Shown here: piece after piece, positions 1 through 9,533 of the stretch
How positions within the stretch are numbered: position 1 is the first letter of the stretch
Layout: the number at the start of each line of letters is the position of its first letter
NCBI RefSeq assembly: GCF_000875775.1
Contig: NZ_CP010868.1
Coordinates: forward strand, 1,157,707-1,189,706
From: Nitrosopumilus piranensis
GTDB taxonomy: Archaea; Thermoproteota; Nitrososphaeria; Nitrososphaerales; Nitrosopumilaceae
DNA length: 32,000 bases
Direction of reading: 5' to 3'
Translations under genes and position numbers: made by a program
The notes under the pieces: model-generated
Seen by the model: the letters and a program-made list of their open reading frames with translations, nothing else
What the model was told of the DNA's origin: nothing
Database searches by the model: none

Positions 1-302
1 CCTTTTTTCCATCGGTTTACAAGACTACCATAAAAATATCCACGAACTACACATTCCATTGGAAGCATCTGCATTTTTTTGACTATAATTTCAGTGTCAG
101 ATTCGCGTTTGATGAAATGGTTGGGTACAGGTAATTCATTGAACCAAAATTCAGCAAATTTGCATAAAATCTCCCCTTTTCTAGGAATATCTTGCTTGAA
201 TTTTACATCATATGCAGATACACGGTCAGAGAATTTGAAGAGCAGTGTATTTTCATCAACATCATAAAGATCCTTTACTTTTCCACTGGTAAGAAATTTC
301 AA
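1..302 (-). CDS. purC: SAICAR synthase (phosphoribosylaminoimidazole-succinocarboxamide synthase), N-terminal ~100 codons; gene continues past the left edge
   Basis: Absent from the ORF track because the window edge cuts it. My minus-strand translation from TTG at 302 reads (M)[63 protein letters not shown]... This is the GK-KDLY / FSDR-SA-D / IP-KG motif series typical of PurC. An in-frame TAG at 336-338 limits the start. It lies on the same strand as the other pur genes. Confidence 0.8.
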   Translation of the reverse strand, partial: MKFLTSGKVKDLYDVDENTLLFKFSDRVSAYDVKFKQDIPRKGEILCKFAEFWFNELPVPNHFIKRESDTEIIVKKMQMLPMECVVRGYFYGSLVNRWKK

Positions 303-345
303 GTAAAAATACTGAATGTTTACAGAATTTAACTGCTAGCAAATA

Positions 346-732
346 TCATGAACCCATCATACCTACCATTTTAGGCATTTCACGATATGCTTTATTGACA
401 AATATGTCATTATCAGCACTGATCATCACAAATTTCATTGAATTCTCAGGAGGAGGAGAGACAATAATTTTTTGTCCCACTGCGATAGTTTGAATATCCA
501 ATGTATCCCCATCACCAAAATTAATGTGAACATTTGTTATTGGCTTGGCACCAATGTTTTGGATTGTCACTCGCCCCATAGTAAACATTCCCTGTTCATC
601 TAAAAGAGGATCTACAAAAATTTCATAGTCTTGAGTAGATATAGAAAATTTGAAAAAATCTGCCCCAAAAATTACACCAATAGTTGCAATTACTCCTACA
701 CCAATACAAAGAAGTGCGGTGTACTGCTTCAC
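346..732 (-). CDS. N-terminally membrane-anchored protein of unknown function
   Basis: 128-aa ORF. A hydrophobic N-terminal helix (ALLCIGVGVIATIGVIFGA) is followed by a beta-rich soluble part with an IQNIGAKPITNV-type strand motif. It sits between the DUF427 gene and purC on the same strand. Confidence 0.55.
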   Translation of the reverse strand: MKQYTALLCIGVGVIATIGVIFGADFFKFSISTQDYEIFVDPLLDEQGMFTMGRVTIQNIGAKPITNVHINFGDGDTLDIQTIAVGQKIIVSPPPENSMKFVMISADNDIFVNKAYREMPKMVGMMGS

Positions 733-766
733 AAAAATCTTATAGTATTTCTAATAATTAAATTGG

Positions 767-1054
767 TTACTTTACTTCAACGCCATTCCAAAACGCAACC
801 ATGCCTTTAATTTTCATAGCAGCATCATTAGGTTCAGCATAATACCATGCACAATCTTTGTTTGTCTTTCCATTAACGGTTACAGAATAATAATTGGCCA
901 TACCTTTCCATCCACAAAAACTAGTCAGGTCAGATTTTTCAAAGTATTCTTTTTTGATAGAATTAATAGGAAAGTAATGATTTCCTTCCACTACAACAGT
1001 ATCATCACTTTCTGCAATAATTTCACCATTCCAAATTGCTTGCATTCTAATCAT
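767..1054 (-). CDS. DUF427-family small protein
   Basis: 95 aa. AIWNGEIIAESDDTVVVEGNHYFP ... CGWKGMANYYSV ... AWYYAEP ... VAFWNGVEV matches the DUF427 pattern as I remember it. Its start overlaps the purF stop by 4 nt (1051-1054), implying co-translation. Confidence 0.7.
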   Translation of the reverse strand: MIRMQAIWNGEIIAESDDTVVVEGNHYFPINSIKKEYFEKSDLTSFCGWKGMANYYSVTVNGKTNKDCAWYYAEPNDAAMKIKGMVAFWNGVEVK

Positions 1055-2523
1055 GTTTCTCCTTTGATTTCTTCTCGACTCTTAAACTCGGGGGTAATTC
1101 CAAGGGATTCATAATTTCCAGACGCACATGTAAAACACATAGAATCAACAGGAATTCCTACTGCTGCTGCAAGATTCTCAGCGTCATTATACCCCAAAAA
1201 GTCAGCACCAATACTTTTTCTTACCATGTCTATAGTTTCTTCTTGAGACATGTCTTTTCCATTTGAAAATGTTGCAAGTTCCTCTTGAGAGGGAAAATCA
1301 ATACCAGCATAACATGGGAATTTTATTGGAGGATAAGTAATGACCATACTAATTTTTCGTGCCCCAGCACGTCTTAATGCTTTGATTATTGCTTTGGAGC
1401 TTGTACCTCTAACCAAACTATCATCAATTACAACAACATGTTTTCCGTCAATAATTTCTCGAATTGGAATAATCCATCGATTAATTTCTACCCTGTCTGT
1501 TTGATGGGGTTCAATAAAACTTCGCAAAGGCCCTTTCTTGCTGTATCTGTCTTTGAGTAGTCCCTCATCAAAAGATACACCTAATTCTTGTGCATAACCT
1601 AATGCTGCAGGTCTTGCAGAATCAGGTACGGGGATAACCAAATCAGCATCTTTGATTGGGAATTTTTTTGCCAAAAATCGACCAATGTTTTTTCTTGCAA
1701 CATAGATGTTAGTTCCTTCCATGTTACTTGTTGGATGTGCAAAGTAAGTAAATTCAAAAGAACAATGTGCACGTTGTGGATCATCAGAAAACATTTCAGT
1801 TTCTATACCGTCTTTGCTTAATCGGATTAATTCACCAGGAGTCACATTTCGTTGCATTTGTGCACCAACTGCAGAAACTGCAGATGATTCTGATGCTACA
1901 ATGTATGTATCATCAGATTCCTTATGACCTAAAACCATAGGACGAAAACCTTTTGGATCACGCGCAGCATAAACAGAATTATCATCAGAGATAAATGTAA
2001 AGCAATATGATCCAACCATTTCATTTTTTAAAACAGATAGGGCTTTTCCCATTTGACCTTTTTCAGAAATTAACGAAACAAGTCTTTGTGCAGCAACTAG
2101 TGTGTCACTTGCATTTTGAGGGGTAAAAGAGCAGCCACCTACTAAATTTGAGAGTTCTTGAACATTAGCTATTGTTCCATTGTGTGCAACACAAAGATCC
2201 TTTACTTTGAGAGGTTGTGCATTTTCCAATGAACTCCTGCCCATAGTAGAATAACGAACATGTCCTATTACACAAGGAGAAGAATATTCTTCAGCAATTG
2301 CCTTGAATTCAGAAGATGCTGCAGACACAAGACCTAATCTTTTGAGTGGAGGTTTGTTTGGTATTGCAATACCCCAGGCCTCCTGGCCCCTATGTTGTAA
2401 AGCACGTAATGCATCAATTGCCATTGGAATAACATTAGTACCACTAAGGCTGTAAATTCCAATTACGCCACAATTTTCTTTTGGTTTATCATCAAGAACA
2501 TGCAATTTGTGATTGTTATCCAT
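1051..2523 (-). CDS. purF: Amidophosphoribosyltransferase (glutamine-PRPP amidotransferase)
   Basis: 490 aa. A short propeptide precedes the CGVIGIY N-terminal nucleophile Cys. The C-terminal PRTase motif VVVIDDSLVRGTS is present. Overlaps purL by 8 nt. Confidence 0.95.
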   Translation of the reverse strand: MDNNHKLHVLDDKPKENCGVIGIYSLSGTNVIPMAIDALRALQHRGQEAWGIAIPNKPPLKRLGLVSAASSEFKAIAEEYSSPCVIGHVRYSTMGRSSLENAQPLKVKDLCVAHNGTIANVQELSNLVGGCSFTPQNASDTLVAAQRLVSLISEKGQMGKALSVLKNEMVGSYCFTFISDDNSVYAARDPKGFRPMVLGHKESDDTYIVASESSAVSAVGAQMQRNVTPGELIRLSKDGIETEMFSDDPQRAHCSFEFTYFAHPTSNMEGTNIYVARKNIGRFLAKKFPIKDADLVIPVPDSARPAALGYAQELGVSFDEGLLKDRYSKKGPLRSFIEPHQTDRVEINRWIIPIREIIDGKHVVVIDDSLVRGTSSKAIIKALRRAGARKISMVITYPPIKFPCYAGIDFPSQEELATFSNGKDMSQEETIDMVRKSIGADFLGYNDAENLAAAVGIPVDSMCFTCASGNYESLGITPEFKSREEIKGET

Positions 2524-4681
2524 GCAATACCAAATCCCTTAACGAATTTAACCAAGTTTTTTGTGCTTTATCAACTCTTAGATCTATAATTGATTTTTTA
2601 CCATTAACAAAATGAATCTTTTCTCCAGTAAATTCACCAATAACGCTGTACAAAGCTTTATTCTTTTTGAGGATTTTTTCAATTTTTGAGAGATTTTTCT
2701 TATCAAATGTTAAAAGATAGCGAGAGTGACTTTCAGAAAAGAGGATTCCATCAACATCCAATTTTTTACAAGGGACTTTTTCCAAAGATACTTTGCAACC
2801 AATTAGATTGTTCATAGACAATTCAGATACTGCAATTGCCAGTCCACCTTTTGAGCAATCATGAGCTGATTTCAAAAGTTGTCTTTCTATAATATCTAAA
2901 ACTGATTTCATATTCTTTTTTGATTCTGAAAAATCTACTTTTGGACATTTTCCACCTACAAATTTGTGAATATATTCAAAATATTCAGAACCCCCCAATT
3001 CATCTTTTGTATCTCCAACAATTATCAGGCAGTCACCATCACTAATTTTTTGAGGAATTTGAGGATTTTTGTCAATTAATCCAATGACCCCAATTAGAGG
3101 AGTGGGTTTAATTGGACCGACAGGAGTTTCATTGTATAGACTAACTTTACCACCAATACATGGGATTTTGAAATCCTTTGCAAAATCAGTCAACCCCTTT
3201 AGGGATTCTAAGAATGTCCAAAAAATTTCAGGATCCTTTGGATTTCCAAATTGTAGATGATCTAACATTCCAATTGGTTTGGCGCCAGTACAAACAACAT
3301 TTCTGCATGCTTCCTCAAAGCAACCAATTGCACCTTCTCTTGGATTGATGTAGCATTGTTTTGGATTACCATCAATTTTTACTGAGAGAAATTTACCATT
3401 GTCTAATCTTAAAACAGACGCATCTCTTCCTGGCTTTACCACAGTTCGGATTCCTACCTCATGATCATATTGCCCATAAACCCAAATTTTACTTGCAATG
3501 TTTGGGGATGCAAGTAATTTCATCATTGTTTTAGAAAAATCAGAAATTGTTTTGAACTTTTTTTCTTGTTCAATTGTCTTAAGATATGATGGTTTTTTTG
3601 ATGGCAAATCAAGCAAGGTAGCATTTGCAACAACATCTGTTGGAAGATTTGCAAATGTTTTTTTTCCTTTTTTGACATGCATACGGTTATCAGATTTTAC
3701 AGTTCCAATAACAGAGCAACCGATTCTAAATTTTTTACATATTTCTTGTAATTTTTTAAATTTAGGTTTACTAGTAACAATTAGCATTCTCTCTTGAGAT
3801 TCAGAAACCATAATCTCATCGGGATGCATATCAGATTCTCGAGTGTGCACCTTACTAACATCCATCTCAATTCCAATATCTAATGCATCTGCAGTTTCAG
3901 AAATAGCACAAGACAGTCCACCGCCACCCAAATCTTTCATTGCGTGAATGAGTTTTTCATTTCGTGCCTCCAAAACGGCTTCAATAATTAATTTCTCAAT
4001 AAAGGGGTCAGGGATTTGAACAGCAGAACGGTCTTCAGATTCTAATGAATCAGAAGCAAATTGTGAACCACCAATGCCATCTCTACCAGTAGAACCACCC
4101 ATTAGTACTACTATGTCACCTTTTTTTGCATGGTTTTTTATTAAATTCTCTTTTTTACCAAAACCAACTGCTGCAACATCTACTAATGCATAATTTTCAT
4201 AGCATTGATCAAATTCAACTTCTCCCCCAATAGTTGGAATGCCCAAGCAGTTACCATAATCGGCAATTCCAGTAACAGCATTTTTGAACAGCCATCTTGC
4301 TTGTTGATCTTTTTCAATATCTCCAAATCGCAACCCATCAAATATTGCGATAGGCCTTGTCCCAGCTGATAAAATATCCCGAATTACACCACCAACCCCA
4401 GTTGCAGCACCACCGTAGGGCTCAACAGCAGAAGGATGGTTATGACTTTCAATATGTGCAGTAACAACATATCCATCACCAACATCCAATACACCAGAAT
4501 CATATCCTTTTTCTGTAATGACAAGAGGGCCCTTCATGGGCAACATTTTGAGATGTCTTTTTGAGGATTTGTAAGAGCAGTGCTCAGACCACTCTGCTGC
4601 AACAATTTGTAATTCAGTGGAGGTAGGATCTCTTCCAATTTTAGATTTTAATTCAGATAGTTCTTGAGGTTCTAAACTCAA
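2516..4681 (-). CDS. purL: Phosphoribosylformylglycinamidine (FGAM) synthase II
   Basis: 721 aa. EWSEHCSYKSSK, HNHPSAVEPYGGAATGVGGVIRD and duplicated AIR-synthase-like domains are present. Overlaps purQ by 4 nt. Confidence 0.95.
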   Translation of the reverse strand: MSLEPQELSELKSKIGRDPTSTELQIVAAEWSEHCSYKSSKRHLKMLPMKGPLVITEKGYDSGVLDVGDGYVVTAHIESHNHPSAVEPYGGAATGVGGVIRDILSAGTRPIAIFDGLRFGDIEKDQQARWLFKNAVTGIADYGNCLGIPTIGGEVEFDQCYENYALVDVAAVGFGKKENLIKNHAKKGDIVVLMGGSTGRDGIGGSQFASDSLESEDRSAVQIPDPFIEKLIIEAVLEARNEKLIHAMKDLGGGGLSCAISETADALDIGIEMDVSKVHTRESDMHPDEIMVSESQERMLIVTSKPKFKKLQEICKKFRIGCSVIGTVKSDNRMHVKKGKKTFANLPTDVVANATLLDLPSKKPSYLKTIEQEKKFKTISDFSKTMMKLLASPNIASKIWVYGQYDHEVGIRTVVKPGRDASVLRLDNGKFLSVKIDGNPKQCYINPREGAIGCFEEACRNVVCTGAKPIGMLDHLQFGNPKDPEIFWTFLESLKGLTDFAKDFKIPCIGGKVSLYNETPVGPIKPTPLIGVIGLIDKNPQIPQKISDGDCLIIVGDTKDELGGSEYFEYIHKFVGGKCPKVDFSESKKNMKSVLDIIERQLLKSAHDCSKGGLAIAVSELSMNNLIGCKVSLEKVPCKKLDVDGILFSESHSRYLLTFDKKNLSKIEKILKKNKALYSVIGEFTGEKIHFVNGKKSIIDLRVDKAQKTWLNSLRDLVLHG

Positions 4682-5358
4682 TTGCTTACACCTATTTTTT
4701 TCAGAAGAGATTCAAAAATTAGAGAAGATGGTTTGCTATCAATTGGATTAATTTCTGATTCTACTGCTCTTTCAGGATGAGGCATCATTCCAACAACATT
4801 TCCATCTTCATTACACACACCTGCAATTCGGTCTGATGAACCATTAACTACTCTGTCGTATCGAAATACAATTTGATTTTTTTTCTTTAATTGTTTCAAA
4901 GTTTCATCATCCACATAGTATCTACCTTCACCATTTGCAATAGGGATTGGGATTTTTTGATTTAGTTTAAATTGATTTGTAAATGGAGTTTTATTGTTTT
5001 CAACAATCAGATTTGTCCATTCACACATAAAATTAAGAGATTCATTTTTGAGTAAAACGCCAGGCAAAAGGCCAGACTCTACAAGAATTTGAAATCCATT
5101 ACAAACTCCCAAAATAGGTATGCCTTTCTTTGCCATTTTCTGTACATCTTTAATAATTGGACTATGAGCGGCGATAACTCCGGCTCTAAGCCTGTCTCCA
5201 TATGAAAAACCACCTGGAAGGATTACAGCATCAATGTTTTTTGGCAAAGATTTTTCATGCCAAAAATATTGAGCATCAAGATTAAAGACATCAGTTAAAA
5301 CATGATACATGTCACGATCACAATTGCTACCAGGAAAAACTACAACACCAACTTTCAC
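4678..5358 (-). CDS. purQ: FGAM synthase I, glutaminase subunit
   Basis: 226 aa. A class-I glutamine amidotransferase with GGFSYGD, the nucleophile elbow GVCNGFQIL and the C-terminal MPHPER. Confidence 0.95.
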   Translation of the reverse strand: MKVGVVVFPGSNCDRDMYHVLTDVFNLDAQYFWHEKSLPKNIDAVILPGGFSYGDRLRAGVIAAHSPIIKDVQKMAKKGIPILGVCNGFQILVESGLLPGVLLKNESLNFMCEWTNLIVENNKTPFTNQFKLNQKIPIPIANGEGRYYVDDETLKQLKKKNQIVFRYDRVVNGSSDRIAGVCNEDGNVVGMMPHPERAVESEINPIDSKPSSLIFESLLKKIGVSN

Positions 5359-5435
5359 AATTACATTTAGATCTGGCGATATTTAATTTGAGTCTAGTCA
5401 GAAAAAATTATTACTGGAAAATACATCATGATCGC

Positions 5436-5858
5436 ATGGCTCATGTGAGAGACATTATGCAAAAAAATGTCATTACAATCGAACATGATAAAACAGTCCT
5501 TGATGCGTCTATTGTTCTTAGAGAAAAAGAGATCAGTTTTTTGGTCATAATTAAAAAGGGAAAACCAGTAGGGGTTGTTTCAGAACGAGATATTGTTCAA
5601 AAAATAGCAGCCAAAGATCTAAAATCATCATCAGTTTTAATCGAAGAAGTCATGTCAAAGAAATTCAAGTGGGTGAGTCCAGATACAGTAATTGAGGATG
5701 CTGTTCAAAAAATGTTGAATAACAACATACGACGGTTAATCATCCTAGAAGATGAAAAGTTGGTAGGAGTAATCACACAAACAAATCTGGCGGAATTTTT
5801 ACGCAGTAAACTCTTGATTAATGCAATGATAGACAATATTGATTCAGAAAAATACTAA
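5436..5858 (+). CDS. CBS-domain pair protein
   Basis: Two CBS repeats are visible (IMQKNVITI...GVVSERDIV and VMSKKFKWVSPD...GVITQTNL). The track starts at TTG 5388. I prefer ATG 5436 (MAHVRDIMQKNVITI) because an A/T-rich TATA-like stretch at 5402-5417 lies ~28 nt upstream, the usual spacing for a leaderless archaeal mRNA. Confidence 0.75.
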   Translation: MAHVRDIMQKNVITIEHDKTVLDASIVLREKEISFLVIIKKGKPVGVVSERDIVQKIAAKDLKSSSVLIEEVMSKKFKWVSPDTVIEDAVQKMLNNNIRRLIILEDEKLVGVITQTNLAEFLRSKLLINAMIDNIDSEKY

Positions 5859-6115
5859 GCATCAAAGACGTCAATTGTGACTTTACTCACCATGGGATTA
5901 TAGATGCGTAATTCATCACATATTTCTTGTATTTTAAATTGTGCGGATTTTTTGTCTTTTTCTTTAATGGTGAATTTTAGCATTTTTGCAGTTTTAATTT
6001 TAGATACTGTTTTGTGGGTACCCTTTAATACCAAATCATTTAGAATTGTGTCCCCTTCAGGATCACTAATCCCAGGTTTATTTTCAATTGTTACATGAAC
6101 ATTATACGTATCCAT
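5855..6115 (-). CDS. purS: FGAM synthase PurS subunit
   Basis: 86 aa. VTIENKPGISDPEGDTILNDL...AKMLKF...ELRIYNPMV fits the PurS pattern (K-G-DP-G ... N-V-E). Confidence 0.85.
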   Translation of the reverse strand: MDTYNVHVTIENKPGISDPEGDTILNDLVLKGTHKTVSKIKTAKMLKFTIKEKDKKSAQFKIQEICDELRIYNPMVSKVTIDVFDA

Positions 6116-6730
6116 AATAATTTAAAAAATTGAATCGAGGTTAATCTATCTTCCGAATAATTTTGTGCTTTTATACTTATTTTGAAATAATCAGTAAAGT
6201 TTCCGGTTCTGAGGACTTGTGTTGTGCAGATATACCCAGCCCAGAATCGGTTACTTGAATTTGTATTATTCATTAATCTTCAAGAAATTTTCTAAAAAAC
6301 CAGAAATACGAGATCTTGTTAAAAAATTAGCAAACAGAATAACCAAAAAATTTTTCTTGTTCAATAAAATTTGAGAAAATCCAAAATTTTTAGATCAGGC
6401 ATGGATTAGTAATAGTTAATCAAAATTAAAGATTGAAAATAAATAATTGCATTATTGTATTATACTTTGAATTTTTTTAGTCCTTCATTTAGGACTAGGT
6501 TTACAACGTGTGAGAAGCTAACTGACTTTATAGAAGTTCTGATCATTTTTGCTTGAATGTTTCTAATTTTTTCAGTATTCTCAGTTTTCAATACAACAGT
6601 AATTCGTTCTCCCAACAACCAGAATACTTATTCATGATATAAAAAGAGCCGGATAATTTCCCAAAATTGAGTATTAGTCACAAAGCCGAAAATATTGGAA
6701 TTTATATCAGAATGATTTGTACAAAATAAC

Positions 6731-7195
6731 ATGGCAAGATCAAGATATTGGAAAATTACAGCTGAAGAGATGGAAGGATTTAGCTATAATGAAGAGAATT
6801 TGTTGAATTGGGAGATAAAATGTGTCAGAGAACCAGAAGATGAAGCACATTTTATTGGGGTTTTCATGTATCGTAACGGTACAGCATATGATTATGAATC
6901 AGTAAAGGGGATTTGTTATTTTTACAATAATATTGATAGAAAAGAACTTCCTGAAATTACTGGCTTCCTTCAAGGAAAGTTTGGAGGTAAAGAGATGGAA
7001 AAAGGTGAACGTGTAATTCTCAAAGGTTCACAGGAAATCTATTCAAGCAAAGATCTTGCAAGTTTAGCAAAAGAGATGGAATCCAAATTTAACACAAAGG
7101 CCATCATTTCTCTGGAATTTGAGGGCATATCAATAGAGCAACTCAAAGAAGACGGATTGCCTGAGGCAAAATTATTACCAATTCCCGGCAAATAG
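6731..7195 (+). CDS. Hypothetical protein
   Basis: 154-aa ORF with balanced composition and no recognisable motif. It is followed 27 nt later by tatC on the same strand. Confidence 0.55.
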   Translation: MARSRYWKITAEEMEGFSYNEENLLNWEIKCVREPEDEAHFIGVFMYRNGTAYDYESVKGICYFYNNIDRKELPEITGFLQGKFGGKEMEKGERVILKGSQEIYSSKDLASLAKEMESKFNTKAIISLEFEGISIEQLKEDGLPEAKLLPIPGK

Positions 7196-7222
7196 ATATA
7201 GCTTTAAGCACAAAGAGATTAG

Positions 7223-8014
7223 ATGTCAGAGCTTGATGGTATCAATCAGCATTTTGAGGAACTAAGAAAGAGATTACTTCGAATTGTACTAGTAATTGGA
7301 ATAATTACTGCATTCATTTTGACATTTCATGCCGAACCAATCCAAGTAGGTCAAACCACATTATACTATCCAACACCTGAACCATTAAACAACATCGCAG
7401 CACAAATTACGAATCATATGAAAATTAATCTAGTACCAGAAGATGTACAGTTAATTCAAACTGCTCCAGGTCAAGCATTCTTTGCACAAGTGTACATTGC
7501 AGCACTAGTAGGAATTGTTGTTAGCATGCCAATAATCATCAAAGAGTTAGTTGGATTCATCAAACCAGCTCTAAAAGAAAATGAAATTAATGTTAGTAGA
7601 AGTATCACCATTCCCGCATTAGGGTTGTTCATTACAGGATGTGCATTTTCATACAACTTAGTAATTCCATACATTTTAGATTTCTTATACCGATATGGGG
7701 AATCTGCAGGACTAGTTACATTTCTCAATGTAATAGAATTTGTAACTTTTGTATTACAATTTTTATTGGCATTTGGATTCTCATTTCAACTTCCTCTAGT
7801 AATGTATGCAATTTCTGCATCAGGGATGGTCGATACAGATTTTTGGCGTAAAAACATTAGATATGCAATTGTCATAATTGTGATCTTTGGTGCAATTATT
7901 ACTCCAGATGGAAGTGGTGTTACTATGTGGTTTATTGCAGGACCCATGATAGCACTGTATGCTACAGGCATGGTACTCATTGAACGCAAAGAACGTAAAA
8001 AGTTGAACACTTAA
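7223..8014 (+). CDS. tatC: Twin-arginine translocase subunit TatC
   Basis: 263 aa with about six hydrophobic helices. The N-terminal HFEELRKRLLR is typical of TatC. tatA follows directly. Confidence 0.9.
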   Translation: MSELDGINQHFEELRKRLLRIVLVIGIITAFILTFHAEPIQVGQTTLYYPTPEPLNNIAAQITNHMKINLVPEDVQLIQTAPGQAFFAQVYIAALVGIVVSMPIIIKELVGFIKPALKENEINVSRSITIPALGLFITGCAFSYNLVIPYILDFLYRYGESAGLVTFLNVIEFVTFVLQFLLAFGFSFQLPLVMYAISASGMVDTDFWRKNIRYAIVIIVIFGAIITPDGSGVTMWFIAGPMIALYATGMVLIERKERKKLNT

Positions 8015-8041
8015 ATCCGAATTTAGATAAAGAGACACATA

Positions 8042-8248
8042 ATGTTTGGAATGAATTTAGCCAATTTCATTGCAGGTCAAGAATGGATATTCATCATAGT
8101 TATAGCAGTAGTATTGATTTTTGGTGCTAAAAAAATTCCAGAACTTGCAAAAACCTTCGGTAAAGCCAAAGGAGAATTTGAAAAAGGCAAGATTGAAGGT
8201 GAAAAAGAGCTTAAAGACTTCAAAGATAAAGAAGCAAAATCAGACTAG
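8042..8248 (+). CDS. tatA: Twin-arginine translocase subunit TatA/E
   Basis: 68 aa. A single N-terminal TM helix is followed by FGAKKIPELAKTFGKAKGEFEKG, the amphipathic-helix signature of TatA/E. Confidence 0.85.
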   Translation: MFGMNLANFIAGQEWIFIIVIAVVLIFGAKKIPELAKTFGKAKGEFEKGKIEGEKELKDFKDKEAKSD

Positions 8249-8673
8249 TTTTCAGCAATTTTTATAAAATTATCTAAAATTTCTTCGTAATTCTGCAGAT
8301 ATCTATTTTTAGAAAACATACCACCAATTTTCATTTTTCCTTTTAATTTGAAATCCACATCAACTAGAATTTTTGTGCCTTGAGGGATTTCGATGAACTG
8401 TTCTTGTATATGAGAGCCTTTTGCATCACCTCCAATAACAAATACATCATGTAAAACAGGTTCATTAGTAACATGCTTTGCCATGATCACAAATTCATCA
8501 TCACCTAGAATCAGATGTTCCTCAACTACTGCAACATTATCTCTAACAGAACGGATTCTAATTGAAGGGAAAAATTCAGAAGAGATTTTTTGATAGTTTT
8601 CATAATCTGAAAAAATTTTGTATACAGTATTTCTATCAGCAGTAGTTATTTTTTCAAAGGAAAATTGCGGCAA
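8245..8673 (-). CDS. SRPBCC (START/Bet v1/polyketide-cyclase-like) superfamily protein
   Basis: 142 aa. The length and the alternating beta pattern ending in a long C-terminal helix (YLQNYEEILDNFIKIAE) fit the SRPBCC fold. This assignment is from pattern only. Confidence 0.5.
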   Translation of the reverse strand: MPQFSFEKITTADRNTVYKIFSDYENYQKISSEFFPSIRIRSVRDNVAVVEEHLILGDDEFVIMAKHVTNEPVLHDVFVIGGDAKGSHIQEQFIEIPQGTKILVDVDFKLKGKMKIGGMFSKNRYLQNYEEILDNFIKIAEN

Positions 8674-8680
8674 TTATAAT

Positions 8681-9238
8681 TTAGAGAGTACCCCATCGAG
8701 GGTATAAATTGTGTTCTATGTCAAATTGGTCCAGACATTTTCCAACACCATGATTTACAATATCATCAATAGATTTAGGTTTGGTATAAAATTCAGTCAC
8801 AGGAGGTAAAATAACAACCCCCAATCTTGAAAGCTTTAACATATTTTCTAGATGAATTGCAGATAGAGGAGTCTCCCTTACCATTAAAATTAATTTTCTT
8901 GATTCTTTTATTGTGACTCCAGCTGCTCGGGCAACAAGTGTATCGTCATAACCGTTTGCAATTGCAGATAATGTTTTCATGCTACATGGGGCAACAATCA
9001 TTCCGTCAATTCTATGAGTGCCACTAGAAACACTAGATGCCATATTTTTTTCATCTGAGACATTGGTTGCAAGTGATTTTACATAATCAGACGTAAATTC
9101 AGTTTCCATTGGAATACATTTTTCTCCCCATTCAGAAATTATCAAATGAGTCTCAATGTCTAATTTTTTCAAAGTTTCAAGCATTCGAATTCCATAGATA
9201 ACTCCAGTACTTCCAGTTATTCCAATTACTAGTTTCAA
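8681..9238 (-). CDS. ubiX: Flavin prenyltransferase UbiX/Pad1 family
   Basis: 185 aa. MKLVIGITGSTG, VAPCSMKTLSAIANG and MVRETPLS are canonical UbiX motifs. Confidence 0.9.
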   Translation of the reverse strand: MKLVIGITGSTGVIYGIRMLETLKKLDIETHLIISEWGEKCIPMETEFTSDYVKSLATNVSDEKNMASSVSSGTHRIDGMIVAPCSMKTLSAIANGYDDTLVARAAGVTIKESRKLILMVRETPLSAIHLENMLKLSRLGVVILPPVTEFYTKPKSIDDIVNHGVGKCLDQFDIEHNLYPRWGTL

Positions 9239-9295
9239 TGATTGTGATTAGAATTCAGAGTATTTTATGTATTAGATAGGAAGTTATTCTTAGCA

Positions 9296-9412
9296 CTAGA
9301 CAGGAGGCTCATCATCAGCAGATGCTTCTAATTCCTTTCTTTCTTTTCTTCGCTTTATCCAAAGAGTGATTCCACCAACAGCCATTGCAGTTAGTAAAAT
9401 TACACCTGCCAT
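9296..9412 (-). CDS. Possible 38-aa single-pass membrane micro-protein (below the ORF-track cutoff)
   Basis: My translation is MAGVILLTAMAVGGITLWIKRRKERKELEASADDEPPV*. A hydrophobic helix is followed by a positively charged stop-transfer stretch and an acidic tail. It lies in an otherwise unassigned 295-bp gap. Confidence 0.3.
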   Translation of the reverse strand: MAGVILLTAMAVGGITLWIKRRKERKELEASADDEPPV

Positions 9413-9533
9413 CTGTAATTCAAATTGATACAGCACACATTAGAGCAAACATCAATTCACAAAAATCTTGTGATTGTCTCCGATCGTAAAAAATGAAAAT
9501 TAGCTATATTAGATCCTAATTTCAAGACATATC

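Noticed and set aside
79-267. 62-aa plus-strand ORF at the left edge.
   Set aside because: It is antisense to a clear PurC N-terminal reading ([22 protein letters not shown]) that the track omits because the gene is cut by the window edge.
2516-4681. Plus-strand ORFs 3069-3260 and 3498-3797 inside purL. The same applies to 1599-1784 in purF, 5904-6098 in purS, 7471-8038 (four ORFs) in tatC, 12842-13039, 14331-14543, 15554-15742, 21088-21321, 24165-24548, 24859-25065, 27005-27193, 28301-28510, 28830-29018 and 30216-31192 in aEF-2.
   Set aside because: All lie wholly or almost wholly inside longer ORFs that carry clear family motifs or better composition. Their products are Phe/Ser/Leu/Ile/Cys-rich, as expected for out-of-frame or antisense readings of AT-rich coding DNA.
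6091-6273. 60-aa minus-strand ORF upstream of purS.
   Set aside because: It overlaps the purS start codon region in another frame, and its sequence is low-complexity. It is treated as non-coding, and the stem at 6203-6250 is discussed instead.
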